Below are positions 1 through 14,220 of a DNA stretch of 64,000 bases, piece after piece. The stretch is from Octopus vulgaris. Lineage: Eukaryota. Position 1 is the first letter of the stretch, and each line of letters opens with the position of its first letter. A program made the position numbers and the translations under genes. The stretch lies in the NCBI GenBank assembly GCA_951406725.2, contig OX597824.1, positions 93,000,001-93,064,000 of the forward strand, read 5' to 3'. The notes below the pieces were generated by a model. It saw nothing but the letters and a program-made list of their open reading frames with translations. It was not told where the DNA came from and did no database searches.

Positions 1-888
1 CTGCACAGAATATATCAGTGATATAAATTCCTTGTATTAGGGATGAGATGTTGGTGCAAGTTTGATTGACAATGATTACGGCGGCAACAATCTTTACGTA
101 GGAATAACCAAACTTCATGAGACGGAAATAAGAACATGGCTGGGCTGCATTTCGGCAGCGTTTTTTCAATCCTTGCTGCCAGTGTTAATCGAAAATATCG
201 ATGGTCATTTAAATTCCTTATTTTCGCCCTTTGTCTTTCACCATCCTCTTTGGTTTTCACACGGTATATTTTAGGTGTTGGGTTTTCACAGAAAAACTCT
301 CAAGTACGTTTGAAATGTAACCGATATTTCTTATCACCATGTAGAGAAATCTCCTGCATGATCGTAAGCAAGATATTTAGCGCGGCTGAAGTAATTCGGA
401 CGGAGAGACTCGGATGATGCTATTTCGATTTAATAATCAGTTAATTCCCACTTTATTTTCCGTGTATAGTGGTTTTGTTTTAATGCAATCTCCAGAGAGA
501 AGCGACGTGTGATATTTGACGGATGTCCTGTAACCACCTATATTCAAGGGATGTTACTCTATTTAGCAACAGTCTCACCACTATACATATTCTTGTAGCG
601 GCCCCGCGTAATATGAAGCGTGATTCTTCTGGTTACCTGTAATTCATAAACCTTATTTTCTAATTTCTTCTTTACAAATATCATTTGCTTTCTTCCGTCT
701 AACTAAAACCATTGGTACAGTGGAATATTAAAATTAGATCCTGGCTGTTCTCCTCTACAGCATTCGAGCCTGATTCAATGTATGTTCCCTGCGGTATTTC
801 TATGTGATGTGTTGATCGGAAATTGCATTAGTTCGCCTCCGTGAATTTCTACAGATGATGATTTCCTTCACCATCATCACCCTCATGA

Positions 889-930
<42 letters not shown>

Positions 931-1072
931 ACATAGACACACACACACACACACAGACACATCCTGTTGTCAACAGTTTCATTATCATGAACAGCAGCAG
1001 TATCATTATTATCATCAAACCCCCTCCTCCTCCTCATCCTCCTCACCTTCATCATCATCATCATCATCGTTG

Positions 1073-1120
<48 letters not shown>

Positions 1121-1314
1121 ACGTAGTCATCATTTTTATCATCTGTCAACAACGTGAAAACAGATTACATTTCAATACCATCATCATCATCATCATCATC
1201 ATCATTGAGATCGTCATGACAGCCACCTACATCCACCACCACCACATACATTGCTCCTTCCGCGTCCACCACTCCTATCACACCACAATAATAATCAACA
1301 TCACAACAACGCCG

Positions 1315-1760
1315 TTTCTTCTTCTTTTATCTTCTTCTTCACTTTATTCTTCTTCTTCTTCTTCTTCTTCTTCTTCTTCTTCTTCTTCTTCTTCTTCTTC
1401 TCCTTCTTCTCCTTCTTCTTCTCCTTCTTCTCCTTCTCCTTCTTCTCCTTCTTCATCTTCTTCTTCTTCTTCTTCTTCTTTTTCTTCTTCTTCTTCTTCT
1501 TCTTCTCCTTCATCTTCTTCTTTCTCCTTCTTCACCTTCTTCTTCTTCTTCTTCTTTCTCGTCTTCTTCTTTTTCTTCTTCTCCTTCTTCACCTTCTTCT
1601 TTTTCTCCTTCTTCTTCTTCTTTTTTTTCTTCTTCTTCTCCTCCACCTTCATCTTCTTCTTCTTCTTCTTCTTCTTCTTCTTCTTCTTCTCCTTCTTCAC
1701 CTTCTTCTTCTTCTTCTTCTTCTTCTTCTTCTTCTTCTTCTTCTTCTTCTTCTTCTTCAT
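1315..1760. repeat. (CTT)n microsatellite, preceded by (CA)n and (CAT)n tracts at 892-1205
   Basis: Direct reading. Confidence 0.95.
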
Positions 1761-1984
1761 TTCGATCTGTATATTTTCTTCTTCGCTGCGCACACCAATA
1801 TGGTTATTAACATATGTCAAAAATTATATATTTTATAATGATAAAAACAAGGTTATCGAAAGAGGAAATTGAATTTGGAAAGCCTGCTTTTTTTGTCTCT
1901 AAAAACGCAGACATATTTACACAACATACACACAGAAACATGCAAACACACACATACATATATCAACAAATATATCTATGTAAC

Positions 1985-2021
<37 letters not shown>

Positions 2022-2281
2022 GACTTATATATACATATATTGAAATACATATATGCATCTATACATTTGTATATGTGTGTATATGTGTATGTATATATAT
2101 ATACAGGCATACGTATGCATGAATATATATATACATATATACATATATATGCCTATGTATATATATGGGTGCCTATATGTATCTTCATATATATATATAT
2201 GTATATATATAAGTATACATATATATATGTATATATATATATACACATACACTTATATATGCGTATATATATAAGTATGTA

Positions 2282-2365
<84 letters not shown>

Positions 2366-2753
2366 TATATGTGTATATATATGTATATATATATCTATAT
2401 ATATATATATTCCGTATCACGCTGAATGTATTGCAATCGCATTTGAGTTCTCCAAATCCTAAGAGTACATAGGCAGAAGGTCGTATCCTCAGTAATCTTG
2501 TAGCCTATGTACTTTCCATATTTACATCTGATATATAAGGAACACCGTTCTGTTTTATTGGCGTTTGGCAGCGGATGAAACCGTATCACCTCTTTGTTAA
2601 TTTCTTTTTTTTTAATATTTATTTCCGACATTAGTTTGTGTATCTTTACGACCATTTTAAATGTATGTAATTACTTCTAGTGCCACTAACCTGTGTCTAG
2701 TAGATGTGCTTTGGCGAAGACCCATTATCCTTGTGCCCCTGTATCTGAACAAG

Positions 2754-2813
<60 letters not shown>

Positions 2814-2827
2814 GAACTTGTTACATA

Positions 2828-2873
<46 letters not shown>

Positions 2874-2880
2874 TTTAATT

Positions 2881-3253
2881 TTATTGTTTCAGTCCTTTGA
2901 CTGGAGCACCGCCTTTTAGTCGAGCAAATCGTCCCCAGGACTTATTCTTTGTCAGCCTAATAGTTCGTTTAACGTTCAGTTTTGCGGAACCGCTAAATTA
3001 CGGGGACGTAAACACACCAGCATCGGTTATCAAGGGATGTTAGGGACACAAGTACCGACACAAAAATATACACACACATACATATATATCAACATATTTA
3101 TACGACCCGCTTCTTTCTGTTTCCGTCTACCAAATCCACTCACAAGGTTTAGGTCGGCTAGAGGCTATAGTAGAAGACACATGCCCAAGTTTCCAGGGAG
3201 TTGGACTGAAACCGGAACGATGTGATTGGTAAGCAAGCTATTTACCTCACAGC
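2881..3253 (-). mobile_element. SINE family A
   Basis: Colinear reverse complement of 22561-22990. Confidence 0.9.
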
Positions 3254-3402
3254 ATATATATGTATGTAAGTAGGTAGGTAGGTATGTTTGTATGTATATA
3301 TATATATTTAGATGTGCTTGAAGACATAAATGTATGTGTGTGTATGTATATATTTGAATGTGTATAAATAAATGGTGTACTGGCTTTCACTTTAAAATTT
3401 AT

Positions 3403-3405
<3 letters not shown>

Positions 3406-3473
<68 letters not shown>
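3406..3473. repeat. (GTA)n microsatellite; many (TA)n/(TG)n tracts elsewhere are not listed individually
   Basis: Direct reading. Confidence 0.95.
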
Positions 3474-4249
3474 CTCTCTCTACTCGGTAATTCCTGATTT
3501 ATGCTAAATGCACCGTCGGGGAATTACTCCAGGAATGTAACTAACAGATACCCCCAGGGGACTGCGAATAGACCTACGTCTTCATCACTTTAGCTACTGT
3601 GAAAGCAAAGGTTACTTCATAATTGATACAGGGACCCTTTCCTCCTCTTATACAATGCCAAAATAATTTAAAGGGCGAGAGATTGGACCTCTATGCATTA
3701 ACCATCCCTACTAAAATTATATTCATCGAACTGTTTGACCAACCAAGGCACAAGCATAATTCCAACGCACTTTCTCCATATATCCAATGACTTCAAGGTA
3801 TGGAACGACTGAAAGCAGGTACAATATGCTGACCCTGCAGTAAGGCGCCTATAGGGTTCATGGTCGCTTTCCACAGACCTTGCCACATGTGGCTTTTGTA
3901 TGACACAGCATACTGGAATTAGGAAGATCGTGCAGCTGTGTCTCTTGCTGAAGATACATTCATCGAAGCGCCTATAAAATCCGGTGTGTATTAATAAATG
4001 AAACTATCTTTGAATATTGTAATACATTCGCGTTATATATATATATATATATCAAATAATGCAGCAAGCTCCTAGAATCGCTGGCATGCCAGGTAAAAGG
4101 CCTTGTGACATTTCGCCGTTGTCAACTTTACATTTCATCATTATTTCGTGGTCGACAAAATAATTACTAACTGAAGCGTGGAGTCGATGGAACTGACTTG
4201 CTTCATCCTCGCAAGTACTCGCCGTGTACCAAAATTTCAAGGCAAAATA

Positions 4250-4284
<35 letters not shown>

Positions 4285-4787
4285 TATATATATATATATA
4301 TTATATATTATATATGTATATATTATATATTATATATAGGACGTCCTAGTATGCAGTCCTGCAAATTAAATTTATCTGGATGGTCGCACCGATGATCTAC
4401 GGACGTTTATGTGAGTGAAATTACGTAATATGTTAACAGTGAAACATGTGTGCGAATAATCCATATTTATATTGCTTTTTTCTTTTGTCTTTCTCGATTA
4501 CGTTTTGGTTGTTTTGCTAAATTTTCTTGAGAACATTTCTTAGTGGTAAGATCATAGCGAATCTATTTCTAGCATAAGGGTGTCCACATAGTGGTTTCCC
4601 TCTAATATGTATATAATACAATTTTACTGAACATTCAGTTTTTTTTTATATGCTACACCACTGGTGTGAAATCGATGTTAAATTAAAATCTAATTTCTCA
4701 CCCCCATTTTAAAATTAAATTTAAATTAATGCGTTCTCTAACCGGCAAAGGCCACTGCAGTAAAGTATTTTCTGCAGCATCAAAACT

Positions 4788-4882
<95 letters not shown>

Positions 4883-5809
4883 GTACATACGCAAGCACAC
4901 CAACACATATTCACATACGCACACACACACACATATATATATATGTACAAAATTAAAGCCATGGAATGTAAAGCAAGATATACTTTTATTACAGCTGCAA
5001 ATTTATCACAAAACTGTTGCTCAGTTTTTCACGTTCCCGTTCGTCGGACAGATGTGATCAATACTGAATTAAAATCGTGATTGTACATGTAATATAATAC
5101 AAATAAGCAAAGGAGAATTTAAATTTGATAGGGTGGCTGATTTTTTAAATATAACAGTGTAATCTTCGATGCAAGTGCATGGTTGGAGGATGCGAAAATT
5201 AATAGTAAATTATAAATGCAAATATAAATATTATTATAAGATCGAAAAGAACCTTGCGTAGCAGAGTGGAAAAGCCAAGTAAATAAATAATTAATGATTA
5301 ATAATGAAATTGAAAGAATAGGATCACAAGTCAGGGGTGTTAAGAAAAGTGATTAAGAATAATATAAATTAAGACGCATAAAATGGAAATTATTCTAAGG
5401 AAAAAATTATAAGAAGAAAATTGAATAATAAATAGAGCTTCCATTTCATTCACAAATACGTAAACAATCGTAATAAATTTGTCTGGACATGTGTTTAAAA
5501 TTTTAATTAAAAATTGTTAATTAAAGATTGACATCGGTTGACAAAACTCATGGATAAAATTTAGTATAAGCTCGGCGGAAATACGGAGGATACTTCGAAA
5601 TCTTGGAAAAGCGAGATGGCATACGAAAAAATTTGAAGGTTTTATTACGTGTACATTTGAATACATATCAGGTGTTGACATATTCGGTAAAAGTAGGACC
5701 AAATGTTTGCTATTGGTATGGGATTATTTGGCATTTCATAAGATATTTGGTAGCGTGTATGAAATGATCCAAGAACTCCGTCTTATGGCTTAGAGCATGT
5801 TTATCTTCA

Positions 5810-6128
5810 GTTCAGCTTTCTTAAAACAGACCTGTAGATTTTAAACAGGGAAGAGCCTGCTTCTTTTAAATGCCACATGTGCTTGTTCAGGCTCGCTGCA
5901 GTTCTATTTTACGGGTACATGAAATAATTTCTGTGTCGATATAGCGTTGTTATGAAAGAGTTTCCTGTGGAGCCTGTATATGTCTTGTATCCACCCGTGT
6001 TGTCCATCTGGACTTTGGCACCATAGATTATGCCTTTGATTAAACAATTACCTCCTTAAGGACAACAACTTTGGTTTCGAAATTGCATTTTGGGTTATCT
6101 TTTTCAGCGACACAGTCAATATTGTTTA
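5810..6128 (-). pseudogene. Degraded PLE Cys-rich linker plus GIY-YIG fragment
   Basis: KCN/..CCP*GGNCLIKGIIYGAKV...YTGSTGNSF...RHR...SLNKHMWHLK. Confidence 0.8.
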
Positions 6129-6310
6129 GAATCTTTGCGTTGTACGATTTATTAGAGAGGTGAAGTTTTTGCAACAAGAATAGCTAATCTGAAGCGTTAT
6201 CCTTTTGAAGATTCTATGATATTTGTGGTTGGCTAGAAAATGTCTAAAAATGTCCATATCTGCTATGTATATGTGTATGTGTCTAGTGTTATGCTTGTGT
6301 GCATTTATAT

Positions 6311-6398
<88 letters not shown>

Positions 6399-6484
6399 AT
6401 TCGAGACAAAACCACTATTTTGCAAAACAAACAAGGAAAGACTTAATCAATACATAAACATTTTTAATATAAAGAAATAAACCG

Positions 6485-6527
6485 CCACTACAATCGTTTC
6501 ATGTCTTCAATGACATTCGTCAGGTGG
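6485..6527 (-). ncRNA. Minimal type I hammerhead ribozyme
   Basis: CCAC-CTGACGA-ATGTC attgaa GACAT-GAAA-CGATTG-TA-GTGG: stem I 4 bp, stem II 5 bp, GUA cleavage triplet. Confidence 0.85.
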
Positions 6528-7037
6528 ATTTTCGATCTAAAATATCAATATATTAAAATATAAGTTTAAAATAATAAAATTATCAATGAAAAATATAAAT
6601 ATATATAATCTATATATAATCTATATATAATCTAAAATAAACCCTATAAACAATTGAATATAAAGAAACCTATTATTAAGGTTCTCATATTTAAAGATGT
6701 ACAAAAAACAAAAAACAAAAAACAAAATACAAAAAACAAAAAAAACAAAAAAACAAAAACAAAAAAACAAAAAAAAAAAAACAAAAAAACAAAAAACAAA
6801 TATATATAAATAATATATATATAAAAGAGATTCTGTCTGTCACACAAAGTGAAACTAAAACCAGACACCATCTCTCTATGATTTTCTCTCTCTCTTTCTC
6901 TCCTCCTTCTTTCGCTCTTTGTCTCTCTTTCTTTCTTTCTTTCTCTCTTTCCCCCATGAAAACAACTTCACACACGCACATCAAAAGTTACATTTCTCTT
7001 TCGAAATACCCAAGCAAGAATAAAATAACACACACAC

Positions 7038-7120
<83 letters not shown>

Positions 7121-7329
7121 GTTCATGTTTCAGTTATTTGATACCGTGATTATCCTCTCTCTGTCTCTCTATGTTCCTGTATCTCTATCTCTCTTTCTCT
7201 CTCTTTAAATCTCTCTCTTCTTTCGTCGTTACTCGGTATCCGTCTCTTCCCCCCCTCTCTCTCTCTCTACTGTTTCTTGCTGTCACTCACTCTCTTTCTG
7301 TCAATCTCTCTCTTTCTGTCACCTTTGCT

Positions 7330-7700
7330 AATCTTCGACTTAATTTCAACAATACAAATTACGTCGATCACAGAGCTATCCTGGCTCCAAATAAATGTTC
7401 CTCTACGTAACATTAATAAAATGCTATCGAATAAAATTCCAGAAGTCTTCACTTATAACTCAATTTACAATGCTGTTGATGAACAGGATAGTGTGAACTA
7501 CCTCGATCGAATTCTTTAACTCACTACAACCACCAGGTTCAGCTCGTCATTGTCTCAAGTTGGAAAAAGGACCCCTATAATGTTATTACATATTTTGTCT
7601 CAACCAAAATTATGCAATGACACATGATTATTTGTGCATAAACTTTATTGACCCAAACATTCTCACTTTTTGTAGTAAAGGTTAATGTACCCCGGGAAAA
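7330..7700 (+). pseudogene. Helitron RepHel PIF1-helicase fragment
   Basis: RAILAP, NINKML, YNS..DSVNY, EFFNSLQPPG..H.LKL, PIMLL..PKLCNDT in shifted frames. Confidence 0.8.
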
Positions 7701-8438
7701 ACAAAAAAAAACATTGTTCATAAAGAAATATCCATTCTTAATGCCACATGAATACTTCAATAACCTCATCAACCATTACTATCATCACATTCAAGAATGA
7801 GTATATTACCAATTCCAATGAACTGTATCATATAATTGTCATTACCTTATTGATAAATAAAATAACAGATATCACTTATTATTATCATGTAATAAACAAA
7901 CAGAACTTAATGTATAACAATGAGCATTTTTACACTTCAATTATTACATGTTTTTCCCTTATAAAAATATTATATCATTGCCATTATTGTATAGATAAAT
8001 AAATAAAATAACACATACAACTCATTTATTATTGTCATATCATAACCAAACACAAGTTCATGTATGATATGGATGTTTCTTCTACTTCAATTATTACATG
8101 GTTTTCTATGCTAAAATACACACATACAGGAGGAGTAAATTTTATACATACTTCTTTCAATGTGGTTCCCGATAAACAGTAAAAGTAATTGCTCGATCAG
8201 GCATGGGGTTTACTGTTAGTGTATGTATATATAAGTATATATGCTGATATATGTTTTTATGTATGTATGTTTATCTATACACCGTACATTCGTAATTGAA
8301 CTTTTCACTTTTTTTAAATCTCACTTTTAATCTCATTTTTAACACCAGCCTTGCGAACCTATAATTTCCTTTGTATTATAAATTATTAATTATGCATTTT
8401 CTGGGCATTCCGCCAGTTCTAGCCTAGTTTTGTTGTTG

Positions 8439-8502
<64 letters not shown>

Positions 8503-8872
8503 TATTATTATTATTGTTTTACTGTTAATTTTTCACTTCCTCCAAGAAATCAACTTGTAACGGAAATTACAATATTATATTTTGAAATTCATCCAGCCAA
8601 TCAAATTTCAATGCTTATTCTTTGATTAGAATTACATTACATAACATTATAATACATGTAAAATCACGCTTTTAATTCAGTATTGATCCCAACTGTCCGA
8701 CGGACGCCGAAATAAAACTCTGAATAAGTGTTCTGTGATAATTTTGAGCTTCAATAAACTTATCTATCTCTCTTTTGCTCTCTCTCTTTCTCTCTCTCTC
8801 TCTCTCTTTCTTTCTCTCTCTTTCTTTCTCCCTCTTAACACACACACATATACATACATATATATATATATA

Positions 8873-9119
8873 AACCGTCAGGGTACAATATGTAGCTATT
8901 TGCTTGAAAGGGGAGTTAAAACCCTCAAAAACAAATGATACTAGGATGTCTACGATCTTATTTATGTTTTACTAAATGCATTTACAAGTGGGAGGACTGT
9001 TTCAGAGAAATATATTTGCTAGATTCTCAGTGCGTGTTTACATATAGTGAGAGATGCGTGGTTTTGGAGGGCTTTAAATCCTCTTTCAAGCAAACAGTTA
9101 CATATTGTATCCTGACGTT
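8873..9119. mobile_element. MITE with ~55-bp imperfect TIRs and TA flanks (Tc1/mariner-like)
   Basis: CGTCAGGGTACAATATGTAGCTATTTGCTTGAAAG versus CTTTCAAGCAAACAGTTACATATTGTATCCTGACG. Confidence 0.7.
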
Positions 9120-9672
9120 TATTATACACTAACTGACCCTGTACCGTCAAAATAACGGTTAATTCAAGTATTTTTGTAAATAAGATATAAAATAATTTAA
9201 ATAAATAATCAGATAGAATCATGCACACACTTCCCTTGTACCTGCATACACATATACTCAGAGTTGAAATGCTGTTTGATTTTTCGTTTCAGAATTGAAG
9301 GTTCACCATCCTATTTCCATTGCACACATCACGCACATACACACAAACATTTATATACCTCCCTTTTACATACACAGATATATACTCACACAGAGTTGGA
9401 ACGCTGATTTTTCTCACCCCTTCCAACGATATTCATCTATCACCCCTTCCGTTCTCATTCATATGTTGTGACAGAGAAAAACAGAAGATACACGATGTGC
9501 TCTTTGCCACCTCCATCTTCTCATTGCAATTATTTTCTCTCACTCTCTCTCAGTGAGGGCTATTACTCTCACTACTTCTCCTTCCCTGAATTACTATTTT
9601 CTCTCCGCTCTCTTCACTTTCTCCTAATTGGTCCTACACCTACTTTGTGATTTTGGACAAATATATATATAC

Positions 9673-9705
<33 letters not shown>

Positions 9706-9707
9706 AA

Positions 9708-9860
9708 TGGAACAAAAACGCAATAGAGTACAATAAAACTTCGGACAGATAGACGATACAAGTCGGACTAGAGGAACAACAGTTAGTAGGACAGGTAGAA
9801 AAAAAAAGACCGGTCATTCGTAGCCTTCTTTCCACAGTGAAGTCCCAGAAGTCACTACTG
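9708..9860. repeat. Dispersed repeat end, also at ~41423-41500, probably a PLE terminus
   Basis: TGGAACAAAAACGCAATAGAG...CTTCGGACA shared by both loci, each beside a microsatellite. Confidence 0.6.
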
Positions 9861-10887
9861 TTTCAGACAATATACAAATATATAAAAACACTGCGCTCAT
9901 TTTTATGTTAGGAGATTTTGTTTATTTGTATTATGTTTGCAGGCCGGCCACTTTGTCATTATTTTTATAAATAAACATAACTTATTTGAATTTTGAATAA
10001 ATATGTGTGTGTGTGTATTAAATGAAAGAATTATCACAACTCTGATGATGGAATCTTCTAAGAAGATCAACAAAGGACGCGACAGCTGAGTCAGTGAGAC
10101 AATGCCAAAGACACAATTTGCCTTCTTAGAAATAACTAATAAACAACGGATTATTGATACATAACCCTACAAACATTATCTTTTAAAAAATCAAAAGTCT
10201 CATTGATTACTGCTGAGATATCTTTGATCGTTTCACGTCACAAAACTGACTTTGGGCTAAACGAGGCTCAAACATTATCAGCGACACCCCTACCGCTGCT
10301 GCCGCCAATCGAACACGATCATAAACAGTAACAACCAAAATGACACTACCTCTATGACTGCCACTACACAAACTGGAAATAGAACGAAATTAAAATTACT
10401 ACCAACCACCAGCAACTGCAACTAACACGACTATACTACTACAACTACCACCAGCTCCACTACAGCTACTACTGCTTCTACAATCATCAGAAGCTGTCGT
10501 TCTTTCCTCACCTCACACAGTATTCACTACAGAAATAATTAAAACACCTGAAATAATCAGATTTTGCAGTCAATTCTTTGTTTCGAAATGCATTTAATGA
10601 AAATGAAGCTAATGTTTTCTTTTCTAGCGCTCATCAGTCATAGTGGCACCATCTACATTTTCTGGCGACGATTCTGACCTTTTTTTCGTTTTTTCTTAAT
10701 TCTTTTGCAACACACTTACGAAGAATATCTATATACTCTTCTCTCATTTCCTCTCCATTACATTCTGTGCTTCTTGCTCATTTACTTATTTTCTATGTTT
10801 CTCACTTTGTCTCTCACTCCCTCTCTACCCGTCAGATTGCGTACCGGAAAAATATATAAATTACATGTGTGTGTGTGTGTGTGTGTG

Positions 10888-10935
<48 letters not shown>

Positions 10936-11123
10936 TATGGTGTCCTGTACTCACGTATATATATTTATATATGCATGTATATATACATGTAGATGTAAGT
11001 ACGTACATATATGTATGCATATATGTATGCATATATTTTATTTATTACACTATTGTATGACAGCGCCCTCGCGTCGATTTGATTCGATTCGTTCGTTTCG
11101 TTCCGTTCTTATTCTCCAAGTAC

Positions 11124-11168
<45 letters not shown>

Positions 11169-11439
11169 AATGTGTGTGTGTGTGTGTGCTCTTATGTATA
11201 TTAAAGATGTTTATTGTGTAAGGCAGGAACAATGCAAAATAGAAGAAAGTAAACTACGAAAGGAAAAGAAAACAAAACGAAGCTGCAGTCTTACCTTGTA
11301 TTTCTATATTTTGGGATGAAGACGCTTCTTCAGGACATTTTATAAAACCAATAGTAAGAGAGAGTCGTTGCTCAAATGAGTATATGTAAGGAGAGATGTA
11401 GGGGATGAGAGAAGGGATGGCATATATATATATATGCTA

Positions 11440-11649
11440 CAAATTAAGAAGAATGACCACGAAAGTGCACTCCAAATATGCTAAAGATATTTCTTTTTTT
11501 ATTTCGTATATATTCATTTGTCTTGCTCATTCTTACATTCTGATGTTTCGCTGAAATATCCTTGAGAACACACTCTTAATGGTAAGGCGATTTGACGTCT
11601 ATGTTTAGCATATTAGGGGTCCCCTTAGATGGTTATTCATCTTAATTTG
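11440..11649. mobile_element. MITE with ~46-bp imperfect TIRs and TA TSD
   Basis: TA-CAAATTAAGAAGAATGACCA ... TGGTTATTCATCTTAATTTG-TA; related partial copy at ~4520-4740. Confidence 0.7.
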
Positions 11650-12347
11650 TATGGCAATATAATTTTTAATCTTCGGATTTTTTAGATATGCTAATCACTG
11701 CTTTCAATTGATTAATATCAATTTCTACACCCATTATTTATATATATAAATATATGTTATATATATATTTATATATATATATATATATATATGTATATGT
11801 CGGTCCCGGGTTGAGTCGGGTTTAACCGAAGTAAATAAGGTACTCAATACATAGCAGAGTAAATTAATTTATTTTATAGAAGGAGATGTTTCATTCAAAT
11901 GAAATCATCAGGAAGCTTGCTGTCAAAATAAGTTCTGGCATTTATACATTTAGGCAGATTAAATGGGGTGGTGGTGGGGGACATTTTTTGGGCAAGCAGG
12001 GCACAAACTGTCTTTCTTAGGGGAGTGGTCAAAAGAATCACTGATAAAGTAAATAAATGAATAAATGGAATAATTGAATAGAGTTTTAGGTAAATTAGAA
12101 GACTATCGCTTTTAGTCAGTTTGTTGTTGTTGTTATTACGTGGAGGGAAGAAGTAGATAAGTCTACATAAAAGAACATATAAAAATAAAATAAATATACA
12201 TACAAACCCACATACATAAACATACGAATATCCATACACATACATATACATATGCCCATGTATATACATACAGACACACACATACATACATATAAATACA
12301 GTAGCACATATATATATATATATATATATACATACATACATATATAT

Positions 12348-12411
<64 letters not shown>

Positions 12412-12894
12412 ATACATACACATACATACATATACATATATCTACATACACATATATATACAGATACACAAACACACAAACACTCGCACACATATATCTA
12501 CATATATATATATAAATATACACACACATATGTATATATTTTTTTTTTCTTCTCTCCTCATCTTCCTCCCTTATTTTATTTTTATTTTTATTTTCAAAAT
12601 CATAAAAGGTATAATATATGGCCTACCTACCCGCCGACACACATTTAGTGGCGCTAGAGTAAACAAACGCCAAAAGTTCCTAGAACTCCCCAGGGTTCCA
12701 GCAGGCCTAAATGAAATCCACATACCGCTCCCCTCTCCCTTCCTTTCTATTTCTTTACCCACAGATACAAACGCAAATATTCACACACACACACACACTC
12801 ACACGCACACTCATACACATACACAAACACACATGTTCTCTCACTCATTTCCTCCTCATCCACTTATACATATTTATATATCTCTCTCTACATG

Positions 12895-12959
<65 letters not shown>

Positions 12960-13132
12960 ATATACACACACAAGTACGCATATGCATACATACATAAATG
13001 TACCCACTTTCACATAAACGTATACATAACTACGTACACACAAACACACTTATATAAACGTACTTCAGTACACATAAACACACATAAATATCTGCCCGCA
13101 TATATAAACGTATGTATGTATATATATATATG

Positions 13133-13242
<110 letters not shown>

Positions 13243-14220
13243 GATTAATCAGCCGAAATTGCTAAGATGATCTGGTCTTGACTGATGACTGAGGGCTTCG
13301 AATGTCATATGTCTGATTATTTTTACTGTTTACCTATATATATATATATATATATATATACATACATACATACATACATACGTACGACGTATTCTTTTCA
13401 TTCCTGTTACGCAAAACCACCAAAAACTTTGGTCATCCCGTGACAATAGTAAAAGACACCTGCCCGTCATGCATTGGTATCGAACCCGGAAGGATATAGT
13501 TGACTAGCAAACATTTTGCAACTCAGCCATGCTTCCGCTTATTCCAGAAAAACCCAATATATCGATATCTGGGAGACGTAATCGTTTGATCGGAGACCGT
13601 GTGGTGTAGCTAAGCCATTGAAATCACACAAAAACTGCTAACCTCATTTTAACATATCTCAGTTAGCGTCAAGTTTTCTTCGCACCTGTAGTGACCTGAT
13701 AACTGACACGGTCGTTACACCTTCAATAGATCTACTGCAAAGATCAGATCAGCTCGAACACGTTTCAGTGTCTCTGTGGGAAGTTACAACAACGACAGAG
13801 TTCTGTAGAAATGGAAACTTATAAAGCTTAACACCTTGAACCGGTACAACTTCATAGTGTCAGGAAGATGTGCTTATTGGCAAAAACCATCTTATTAAAT
13901 ATTAATCAAGGAAACAAGGTATATACCAGCTAAGACAATCCACAAATTCCTAGATTAATTAAGATAAGAAATGATCTGAGATAAGAAAAGTTGAATGCCA
14001 AAGCAAAATTCTAATCAGAAAAAATTTTCAAACCCTCACCTGCTGAGGAAGACAACACATTATTAAAGTAATGTATAAATGGTCATATAATGGGGAATAG
14101 TTGTTTTTGTTTTTTGTTTTGCTTTCTGTTGCGTCTTTTCTTTATTTTACTGTAGCCGCAGGTAATCTCGCTGACATATTAAACTATGACCTTTTGTTTA
14201 ATATATTTTAAAATGTCTTT

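Noticed and set aside
1-790. Coding-like non-repetitive stretches at 1-790, 44040-44500, 58600-59150 and 63300-63740
   Set aside because: No recognisable motif in any frame; may be old element relics but cannot be supported
800-2462. Long ORFs of poly-H/S/F/K/E and IY/CV/HT repeats, here and throughout the window
   Set aside because: Translations of stop-free microsatellites, not genes
11288-11340. Hammerhead candidates at ~11288-11340, 2440-2495, 9805-9840, 16880-16925 and 60490-60527
   Set aside because: Core or stem II too decayed to call; possibly relics
13278-13315. CTGATGA motifs at ~13282 and ~10042
   Set aside because: No paired stem II followed by GAAA
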